Source of the DNA: Macrostomum hystrix
Taxonomy: Eukaryota; Animalia; Platyhelminthes
Assembly (NCBI GenBank): GCA_950097015.1
Contig: CATNEN010000038.1
Coordinates: forward strand, 4,030,001 to 4,094,000
Length of the DNA: 64,000 nucleotides
Direction of reading: 5' to 3'
The notes under the pieces are model-generated. The model did not search any database. It was not told the DNA's origin and saw nothing but the letters and a program-made list of their open reading frames with translations. Positions 48,116 through 59,000 of the stretch are shown here, in pieces (positions within the stretch are counted from its first letter, which is position 1; each line of letters begins with the position of its first letter). Both the position numbers and the translations under genes were made by a program.

Positions 48116-49269
48116 TCAGAAGACGGTCTTCCTGATCCAGTCGACGAACGACTGCACCCTGGTGAACACTCCAGGCCGCTTGTCTGCAGCGCAGCCCTCG
48201 TCCCAGCTGGAAACGCCCTGCAGTCGCCAGTAGCCGCCGTCCTTGCACATCAGCGGACTGCCCGAGTCACCCTGGCACCTGCCGTTGCCACCCTGCTCAT
48301 AGCCGGCGCAGATCATGCTGTCGGTGATCAGGCCAGGGTAGTGCTCACTGTCACCACAGATCGAGTTGGGCACAATCGGCACCAACACCTGCTGCAGGTA
48401 GGAGGACAGATTCGCCGGCATCTGATCGTCATCGACTGTGATCCCCCAGCCGACGGCGAAGCAGTTCGCGGTGGTCGACACCGGCTCGGTGGGCAGACAG
48501 ATCGGGAACACACTTGAGTCGAAATTCAGCGGAGACTCCAGCTGCAGCAACGCAATGTCGTTCTCGATGCTGTCACTGACGTAGCGCGGATGAACGATGA
48601 TCTTGACGACTCGGCGAATCTGCAGCGTCGGCTCCTGTGAATCGCGAGAGTGCCGACCCACCTCGATCGTCAGCATGCTGGGGTTGTTAGCCGACTCTAC
48701 TTCGACACAGCGGGCGGCAGTCACGATCCAGTTTCTGTTGATGATCGAGCCTGCGCAGATGTGAACATCGTCAAGCAGCTTCAGCGACACCATCCAGGGC
48801 CAGCTGTGTGGAATGACCTCCTTGCCTCCGACGATGCGGCTCTCATCTGGCACAATGGCTTGACGGCCGCAGCTCTCGAGGCCTCCTGAAATGCATCGAA
48901 GGATTCCAGTTCATAGATAAATTTTGTCAGAACGTTGCCAAGCCAAGACGATTAAACTCACACACCAAGGAAGCAGACAGGGCAAACCTAAATTCTAGGT
49001 CTGAATTGTCCAATTTCATTTCTATGACAAACTCTTGGTGATCACTCCTTCACTTTCAATCCAGACATTCGCAGGCATTCAGTTCTGATAATGGCCAACT
49101 GTGTCACAAACCTGATCAAAGCGATTCATCACTCACCATTGTCGATGATCTGAGAGGTGGTGCCTTCCAGTGGGCTCGCTGTGACTGCAACCGTGCTCTC
49201 AGTGGTTACATTGACTTCAGCTGCTGCTGACATCAGCAGGCCGGCTGCGAGAAGGAGCTGCAGCCACAT
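48116..49269 (-). CDS. Secreted trypsin-family serine protease homolog, copy C (His57->Arg; 300 aa)
   Basis: Exons 49269-49137 and 48885-48116, with the same exon lengths (133+770) as A and B; IVGG, TAARC, NDIALL, GDSGSP. Confidence 0.9.
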
Positions 49270-49981
49270 GCTTGACTTTGAAAAGGAGCTGTTCTGCTTG
49301 GATGTCGGGATGATAAACTTGACTGTGAAAGACCGTTTTCGAGTTCTATTTATTGACAGTTGAAGTAGCGAAGCCACGTCGTGTCAGTTCAACGTGCCAT
49401 TCGGCTTTAGACCTTTTCAGATGTAACACTGTGTAATGAATTGCATAAGCTTTTACTGACTTTGCTGCAATTAGCAGCAATTTGATGAGAAAACATAAAT
49501 TTGCTTATTCGCTTTCAAACGCTTTCAATTCGCTTTCGCTTTTTGCCTGGCGAATGGGTGTTGGGTGTAACAGCAGTATACGAGGGTGTACTGCTGTTAC
49601 TCTTGCTAGCTGTTGAAAAAGAGTTATGTGAAAAAGTCCTCAGATTTTTTGGACAGCCCACGTACGATTTCAGCTCTCTTAGTTTTCCGAAAATATGCGG
49701 ATTGGCACTCAATTATTTAGTCGATCCACCAAACAGCAAACAGCGCTGCGACTGTGCTGTAATCGAGTGCAATATTTTCCACTAGTTTATCTCTTGATGG
49801 AAAAGGAAGTAAAAAATCGCAGTTCATTATTGTGATTATTGCTGGGAGAATTATAAACGACGCTTAGCTTTAGTTTCTATTTATTATTTTTTCGATTGCT
49901 TGAGAGACAGGCAGTTCAAAAGAGAGTAAAAAGTGAATAAAATGTTGGCAATCAGCAATCAATACAATGCGAATTACATGA

Positions 49982-51949
49982 TTAATAGTTTCTATCATCA
50001 AGGAATTTCTCATTCCACGAGTTCGTGCTGGTCGGCTTGTTGTAGTCGACGACCCTTGTTCCACCGGTTTCGACTGGAAATGGAAGAAGTTGAACTTTGT
50101 GACAATGTCCCCCAGTTTGATTCCGCTATCTTGCATATCAACTCAGTCTCCAATAGCACTAAATTTTGTGCCTCGGGCAGTACTCACAGCTCAGTCCAGT
50201 GACAAAGACTTGGTTCCTCCAAGAGCCACCGCAGGTCTGCGCCAGGTTGCCTTTGCACCTGGAGTTGCACTCAGAGCTCTGCGCTATGCCGTACCGACCG
50301 TAGGTGTTGCCACAGAAGCACCAGTCCGATGCTTGCAGGGCGGCGTACCTGAAGTTCCGCGACCGGCAGTACACCAAGCAGCTGTCCACGGTCGTGCTTG
50401 AGGCTGAGTGGATCCAAGTTGACAAGTCTCTGGGCTTGTTGATGTCCCTGAAGCAGCCGAGAAGGGCTTCGTCTGAAAGCAAATTATATATTTGATAATA
50501 AACTCTTAAAGTTAAGTGAGCTGCATTTCTGTGGCTGGGACACCACTTCGAGGCGCGGCAACGGAGAGCCTTTGGGGGGGGCGTGATGACCTGAGCAACG
50601 TACAGCCGGTCACCGATTGATGTCCCTGTACGCTCAGTGCTATTGCTTTAGTGTTTCTACGAGCCATTATCGCATAATTCTATTTACTATTTCAAATCTC
50701 ACCTGGCTTGACGATGCCGGTGAAAAAGACTTCGTTTCTCAATAGACCGCCGCAGGTCTCCTGGCTGTTCCCGCTGCAGCGGCTGTTGCACTCCCTGTCA
50801 TCGGCCCTGCCGTGAATGCCGAAGGTGTTGCCGCACAGGCACCAGTCGCTGGCCTGCAGGGCGGCGTACTTGAAGCCGGCAGCTAGGCAGTGGCTCAGGC
50901 AGTAGCTGCGAGAGTTTTCGCTGATTTTCTGCATCACAGGCAGGTCTCTGGCGTCGATATTGTCCACGAAGCAGCCAAGTCGATTGAACACTGAGCCGGA
51001 AGCTGGTTGAAAGAAGCAATTTAAATTAATTTTAGGAGGATTGAGTTTACTAGAGTTTATATTTTCTGTAATATAAACTCTGTAGTTTATATCTCACCTG
51101 TTCTAATAAGACCAGTGGCGTAGATGTCGTTTGTCCATGGTCCACCGCAGGTCTCGTAGCGGTTTCCTGCGCAAGGCATACCGCAGTCAGAACTGCGCGC
51201 CTGGCCGTGCTGCCCGAACGTGTTGCCGCAGGTGCACCAGTCCCCAGCCTGCAGGCCCGCGTACTCAAATCCCAGGCTGCGGCAGCGCTCCAAGCAGAAC
51301 CACACGGTGGTTTTGGTGCTCTGATGCAACACTGGCAGATCTCTGGCGTCGCCCTTGTCCTTGAAGCAGCCAATGCGTCCACCCTGGGCTGGAAAACAGC
51401 AAAGCATTTTAAATGTTGGTGTTGCGGCCTGAGGGCATCATTTGGTGACACTATATTAGCAGGATGGCTGAGGGCATCATTTGGTGACACTATATTAGCA
51501 GGATGGCTGAGGGCATCATTTGGTGACACTATATTAGCAGGATGGCTGAGGGCATCATTTGGTGACAGTATATTAGCAGGATGGCTGAGGGCATCATTTG
51601 GTGACACTATATTAGCAGGATGGCTGAGGGCATCATTTGGTGACACTATATTAGCAGGATGGCTGAGGGCATCATTTGGTGACACTATATTAGCAGGTTC
51701 GCAAAGGTTTTCGAAATCAATCTTTGAAAGCATTATGAGGCTTTCAATTTTTACAGTACATTACAGGTGCAGCATGAAGGGGGGTTGAGAACTGATTACA
51801 ATGATTAATTGTTCACAAGCCGGAGTTAAAGGGGCCGGGTCGTAACCGGTCGGGTTTCAGGTATATGACACATAGAGACGAGCCAGCTTACCTTGAACCT
51901 GGCCAGCAGCCAAGTAGGAGCAGAGTAGCAGTAGCGATCGGAAAGTCAT
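49982..51949 (-). CDS. Secreted protein with three tandem WSC domains (~341 aa)
   Basis: Signal exon 51949-51892 (MTFRSLLLLCSYLAAGQVQ; an in-frame ATG also lies at 51967). Three phase 1-1 exons, 51388-51098, 51002-50703 and 50472-50188, each read GCFxD...RDL...C..xC...F.YAxLQxxDWCxCGN.(F/Y)G..G.....C...C.GN...TCGG...N. Last exon 50073-49982. No transmembrane segment seen. Confidence 0.88.
51429..51697. repeat. 39-bp minisatellite, 7 copies, related to the SINE-A tail
   Basis: Unit CTGAGGGCATCATTTGGTGACACTATATTAGCAGGATGG. Confidence 0.95.
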
Positions 51950-52037
51950 TTCACGATAAGTTTTCATAACTTCCTTGCAGTAATCGCTCCCTTCAGGCGA
52001 AGACTACGAATTCGTTGAGCTGATCGTTAAATTAAGT

Positions 52038-52046
52038 TTGAGTCGC
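52038..52046 (-). promoter_or_regulatory. TATA box of the WSC gene
   Basis: CTATAAATT on the minus strand, ~70-90 nt upstream of the ATGs. Confidence 0.5.
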
Positions 52047-52334
52047 AACTAAATTCTAATTTATAGACTCTCAGCCGACTCAGCTGGGTGGTAAAAACCA
52101 GATGCTCTGTTGGATAAGCTGCAGGGTTTGTGTCTCCGATGTACAGCTGAGGGTGCACAACTATCCAGTCAGTCTGGATGAATATTTTAGATGAAACCTT
52201 GACAGGGTCGAACGGATGCAGGTGTGAAATACTATCTGGGTGCTAACTACTTTGCCAACGAACCAAGAATAAATTTATTGACTGAGTCGACACCAAACAC
52301 CCTGCAGTGTACATGCAGTGAATTTTCATTTAGC

Positions 52335-52470
52335 GACAGTGGACCCAGAACCATCTCATGTCCTGAGCACGCACTCACACATGGGTGTACATCTGGCATT
52401 AATTTTTCATTTTATGCACATTCTGAGCGTTGGGAATTGCACGACAAGCCCCCAAGCCTTCTCGGCGAGT
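52335..52470 (-). mobile_element. SINE family A, partial copy
   Basis: TCCTGAGCAC...GGTGTACATCTG...AATTGCACGACAAGCCCCCAAGCCTTCTC is shared with copies 1 and 3. Confidence 0.6.
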
Positions 52471-53018
52471 AAAAGTGCAAATGTAACTTTTATGTACCAA
52501 TGCAAATAAAATAAAACATATGGAAAAAAACGAAATGAAAAAAACGAAATCAGCTAAAAAATCAAGCAGAAATAATTATAAGTTGTGATAGCTGTGAATA
52601 TAAGCACTGTAGTATCACATATCTCTTATCACGTCTGAATCTCATGTATTCAATTTCTACGCATATTAGATAATTATATATTAAAAACTTAGACTACAAT
52701 ATCATGAAGCATATAATAGAAAATAACATGTGCTAATTATCACATCAACTGCTTTTGGTTTAATAAACACCTTCTTCTACCCTAACTAAGCATGATTGTA
52801 AATAAAATAGGCTTTTACAAGAGCGTGACGGAAAATAAATACGTTCCACCAATGCTCTTTGATTTTAATAATCTAAGATAAAGATAAACAAAAGTCATAT
52901 CAATAAGCATTATCAGCCGAATGCAAAGTATTTTTCATCCAATTTGATTTACTCAGTCTGGTTTGCTGTACAGGTCGAAAAAATTAATTTCCTGAAATCC
53001 TGCAGGGTTAGTGCAGCC

Positions 53019-56000
53019 TCATTGGTCATAGATGTCCGCCTCGTACAGGTTGTACACCAGCTGAAATTGAGGTGCTTTTCATCAATAAAAGAATGGAATC
53101 TGACAAATTCAACTGTAGCTTTCATTTCTATATATACTCACAAACCATGGACTGCTAAAGTAGTCACAACTACTACTAGTGGTCCTTGCTCACCACTCAT
53201 TAGCAGCAACTCCCCCTTCTCCACTCTACTTCCCCTTCTCCACTCTACTTCCCCTTCTCCACTCTACTTCCCCTTCTCCACTCTACTTCCCCTTCTCCAC
53301 TCTACTTCCCCGTCTCTACTCTACTTCCCCTTCTCTACTCTACTTCCCCTTCTCTACTCTACTTCCCCTTCTCCACTCTACTTCCCCTTCTCTACTCTAC
53401 TTCCCCTTCTCTACTCTACTTCCCCTTCTCCACTCTACTTCCCCTTCTCCACTCTACTTCCCCTTCTCCACTCTACTTCCCCTTCTCTACTCTACTTCTC
53501 CTTCTTTATTACTATACTTCCCCTTCTCAACTCTACTTCCCCTTCTCCACTCTACTTCCCCTTCTCCCCACTACTTCCTTTTCTCCCGACTACTTCCCCT
53601 TTTATCGTATGTTTTTCCTCCTCCAGCTCTATTCCCAGCCTCTAATTCTTGCACTTTTGCCCACTCTCAAACTCACCGATTTAAACTTCTTCACCATCAT
53701 GTCCACGAAGCTGCCCACATCCTTGCCAGGTGGTATCATATCTCTGAGCAGGGTGCCTTGGACCTCACGCTTATAATTGGCCTGCAGATTCTGTGGGATG
53801 AAGTCCTGGTTGATCACAATCAGTTCATCATCAGTGACAGCGGTGAGTTCCTCTTCTCTGCGTCCGTCGCACATTTTGACCAGCACCGAGGCGCCGTTGA
53901 TGAGATTGAGGTAGCCCTGGGACACGCCAGACTGCATGAAGTCAACCAATCGCATGCGAGTCAGCTGCTGCAGCAAACCCTGGCTCGGACTGCCGATGAA
54001 CAGCGGCAGCTGGTAAGTGTCTGTGTACACGAAACCATTCTCAAACACTTGCATGGCTGTCCACGCCTGGTCTAGCAGTGAGTACTGATAGGCCTGCTTA
54101 GTGGCAGTGACAGCAATCTCCTGCAGGTGAATGATCACCGTCATGTTCCGGTGGTAGGTTCGATTGCGGAAGTGCTGCAGAGGAATGGAGGAACGATTCT
54201 GCATTGTTCGCATTTTCCAGGGTTTGTCAAATTGACTTGTCGAATGGGATATGAATCTCAGAGTTGGGTTTCAGAGATGGTTGCTAGGGGCCATTAGAGC
54301 CGGTTACTAGGGTAAGAATTTCAGAGCTGGTTGCTAGGGGCCATTAGAGCCGGTTACTAGGGTAAGAATTTCAGAGCTGGTTGCTAGGGTAAGGTTTTCA
54401 GAGATGGTTGCTAGGGTATGGGTTTCAAAGATGGTTGCTAGGTACGGGTTACAGAGATGGTTGCTATGTGATAGATTACGAAGATGGTTGCTAGGGTACG
54501 CGTTTCAAAGATGTTTGCTAGGGTAAGGTTTTCAGAGATGTTCGCTAGGGTATGGGTTTCAAAGATGTTTGCTAGGGTACGGGTTTCAAAGATGCTTGCT
54601 AGGGTACGGGTCACAGAGATGGTTGCTATGTGATAGATTACGAAGATGGTTGCCAGGGAATAAAATTCGGAGATTTCACCAACGGCCACTCGTTGAAAAA
54701 ACAGTTAGTTGAAACGTTCGTTAGATAAATAGTTATAATATCTTGCTAGACGGAGACTCGTCAGCTAATCTGCTCACCTGCCAGTCCATATTGAAGATGG
54801 GGCTCTTGTTGGTGCTAGTGAGGTCCAGGTTCTCAGTGAAGGCCGGCTTATCGTAGGCGGCGTGCGGCCTTCCCAGGTAGAATGCCCCGGGCGGATTCAG
54901 GCAGAAATGGGCCAGGGTGAAATTGTGCCACGGCAGGTTGACGCAGCCGTCCACAATGAGTTTGAACCCGTGATGCGGCACGTATTGAGACAGGTAGTTC
55001 ACATTCAGCGGCTTGTACTTCATGTCGAACTGTTTGGTGAGGACGTTGGCAACGAACAGTTCGCTCTCTTTGACTGTCTCCAGCTTCCGGCCGGCAATCT
55101 CGGACATGATCTCGCGCACGGTGGTCTTGGGCCGCCGGGTGTGCGCGTGGATGATCTTGGACTCGCCGATGCTCGGCTTGCAGTTCAGGCTGTAGTACAC
55201 GCGGTCGGAGTAGTACGGCTTGGGCTGATGCAGCCCCAGCCTGCGCCAGTCATACTCTGGCACCTGCTGCTGCTGCATAAATGGTAGGGTAATGTCCCTG
55301 AGTTCTATATGTTCAAGTGTGCTCAAGTGTTGGCGAGTTTTAGGAAGAGTGAGGACAAGGCAAGGCGGATTAAAGTACAATGGCAAGCTCTCAGGCAGCC
55401 GTGGCTCACACTCAGCGGTTTTCCGTCGTGCCCGACAGGAGCCTTGAACAGGCGCACCAGCACGGTGGCTCCCATGACTGGCCGGAGGCGTCGGCGTCGC
55501 ATCAGGTCCTCAGTTAGCGGCTCCTTGCCTGATGGTCCTTCGCGATAAATTCTCAGCTGATGGCAGCCTTCGTTTAGTGCCACCTGATTTATTTGTGTTG
55601 GCATGTCAACTGTTATGGGCTGCCGACCATGAGGAGTCTTTGTTTGGTTTAAGATGTCTTCAAAGTGAGTCTAGGAGTCTTTGTTTGTTTTAAGATGTCT
55701 TCAATGAGTCTGAGGAGTCTTTGTTGGGTTTGTTTTAAGATGTCTTCAATGAGTCTGAGGAGTCTTTGTTGGGTTCGGGGTGTCTTCAACGAGTCTGGGG
55801 TGTCTGGCATCACAGTTGTCGAAAATAAAATTAGGCCAACCTGTACACCGGTGGCATCAGTTTGTGGCTGCTTCTCCGTCCCAATGTCCAGGAAGATGTT
55901 GAGCGCAGAGAAGCCAACCAGCACGAGCTGCTTGGAGAAGCGATCGATGGTGTACAGCTTCATGAGCAGAGTAGCCGATGGTGGCAGATCCGGCTCGCGA

Positions 56001-59000
56001 ATCTCGTGTCGATGATCGAAGTCGGGATTGTAGATGTCCGAGTCCAGGCTGGCCATGCAGGAGATCTCGTTGCCGATTGGCTGGTAACGCCTGGTGAGGA
56101 GGCGGGCGCGGATCTTGGTGATGGTGACCGTGTCGGGCAGGAAGCGGCAGCCGTCCATGTACAAATCGAACCCGTCCGACGCGTGGTACGGATCCAACGG
56201 CGGACGGCGGCGCTCCAGTGGGATCCACGACAGTGGCGGCGGCTGGTCCTCTTGGCCTGCATTAGGGGTAGATTTTCAAGGTAGCTTCATCGTATACTTC
56301 GGGTAGATTTTGAGTTAGATTCAGGGTAACTTTCAGGGTAGATTCGAATTTATTTTCTGAGCGTATTTCGGGGTAGATATTTAGTGGATTTCGGGTAGAT
56401 TTTGGGGGTAGATTAGGTGTATATTTTGGATTAGAATTCGGGGTAAATTTCGTGGTAAATTTCGGGGTAGATTCAGGGGAGATTTCGGGTAGATTTCGGG
56501 GTAGGTTTCAGAGTTGTGTTAGGGGTATAATGTGGCAGTTTCGGAGTTGATTCGGTGTTAGATTTTGTGGCAGATTCAGCATCGGTTTCTGTGTAGATTT
56601 AGGCACAGTCTGATTAGATATGGCTTTTATTGAGATGGCTGATAGTACGGGGATTTGATATGGGATACATAGCCTAGATTGGACTAGCAATAGTTAGTAC
56701 AGATTAGGTGCAAGCCGGGGACTCTCAGGGTGACTTGAGTATATCCTAGCCCTTGAGAGTTCGCGACTAACCCTCGTCTGAGTCGTCAGACGGAGTGAGC
56801 GACCTCGCCCTCTGGTAGGGGTGGAAGATGTGCAGCCGCACCGTGGCCCGGCCGTATCGTCGGTAGCCGACTGGCGCCCAGCCGTGCTCGAAGGCCACCC
56901 GCTGCGGGTCGATCACGGGCGGCTCAAACAGCGGCAGCTCGTGGGTGCCCTTGTTGACGCGGACCAGACGGAGGTCGTTGCGCGAGTTGGCGTAGCGGCC
57001 GTGCATTGAGGTCCGGTTCACCCGGGGCACCACCAGCGGCATGGCGGCCCAGGCCACGACATTGTCGTCCGACAGAGTCACCGTCGGCGGCTTCACTACC
57101 AACGGATTGTCTGGATCGAAGTCCTCGGAGTCGGCGGCGGCCTTGCCCTCAAGTTTGGACCGCAGCACAGTCTCCTGGGGCTGCAGGTAGAAGCGCACAA
57201 TGAGAACCATGTCCACTGAGAGTTCCACATCGTAGAAAGTGGCCTCCTGCTGACCGAAGACGTGGTAGGCGCTCTTGAAGTTGGATCGCACTGCCGAGGT
57301 CGAAGCGGTGACGGGAGCGTTGGAGGCGGAGACAACCTGGCCGTCGCTGGCGTAGTAGGCCGACAGGCGGAGCTTGGCGATGCCCGGCTCTGCGTGCTTC
57401 ACCCGGTCGACTTGAAAGCCGAGGATGCGCTCGGCCCGGGTCAGGTCATCGGTGTCCTGCCTGTGGAGTTGGCAGTTCAGTGACATTTACTGCTTGCTTA
57501 CTCGTAAGACCAACAACCTTTAAAAGTTTGAGTTCAGTTAGGAGTCCAAAGCTCTACCAACAGGACTCAAAATACATCAAAATACAAATACCAAAATCAA
57601 TGTTTCAACGTAAGTAAGCACTGACGAATGAAAAAACACAATGATGAGCGTACGAAAACTGTAGGGAACGTACGGACACAATGTTGAACATACGAAAACT
57701 GTAGGGAACGTACGGACACAATGATGAACATACGAAAACTGTAGGGAACGTACAGACACAATGATGAACATAAGAAAACTGTAGGGAACGTACAGACACA
57801 ATGATGAACATAATAAAACTGTAGGGAACGTACGGACACAATGATGAACGTACGAAAACTGTAGGGAACGTACAGACACAATGATGAGGGTACGAAAACC
57901 GTAGGGAACGTACAGACACAATGATGAGCGAACGAAAGCCGGAGCATATACACTGAACCGTTTCAATCTACTCGTACCGACGTCATTTATATGAACAAAT
58001 AATTTTTCATTCAAAAAATAACTTAATGTACAAAAAAGGCCTTTCACTTACAATTCCTCTAGCTCAGCATCTAGATCCTCTTCGTTGTCATCACTTTTGT
58101 CATCACGCTCAGCAGTCGGCGTGCTCCGCTGCGACACTGGCGGCGAAGGCGCAATCGGCGCCGCTGCCGCGATCGCAGCCGCCGCGCCAGTCAAGCCGCT
58201 GCCAGCGCCACCGCCGCTGCCAATGCCTGTGGTTCCTGGAGCAGCCTGGGCCAGCAAGAGAGTCCGGGCATTGCCCGCCTGCCTACCGTGAGCCGTGGGA
58301 AACGAGTACAGATTCGTGTTGCTAGGCTGTGGAATAAACGCGTCCTGGGCCGGCCCATCTCTGCGGGTAGAAACGTTAAAATATAACCAGTACTTGAATT
58401 ATAATCCAAAAAAGCACTGAAGACACTCCACAAGCAGCTCTGAAGACACTCCACAAGCAGCTCTGAAGACACTCCACAAGCAGCTCTGAAGGCACTCCAC
58501 AAACAGCACTGAAGGCACTCCACAAACAGCACTGAAGGCACTCCACAAACAGCACTGAAGGCACGCCACAAACAGCACTGAAGGCACTCCACAAACAGCA
58601 CTGAAGGCACTCCACAAACAGCACTGAAGGCACTCCACAAACAGCACTGAAGACACTCCACAAGCAGCTCTGAAGACACTCCACAAACAGCACTGAAGAC
58701 ACTCCACAAACAGCACTGAAGGCACTCCACAAACAGCACTGAAGGCACTCCACAAACAGCACTGAAAGCACGCCACAAACAGCACTGAAGGCACGCCACA
58801 AACAGCACTGAAGGCACGCCACAAACAGCACTGAAGGCACTCTACAAACAGCACTGAAGACACGCCGCCACTATCAGCTTCAAAGCCAACCTGGCGTTCG
58901 CCACACGGACGTGAAGGATTGCGTTGCCCCACTGAGGAACGCTGTTGAGCTGGGCCGGCCCAGCGTCTGGCTTGATCGGCAGGATGCGCAGCGGCAGCTT

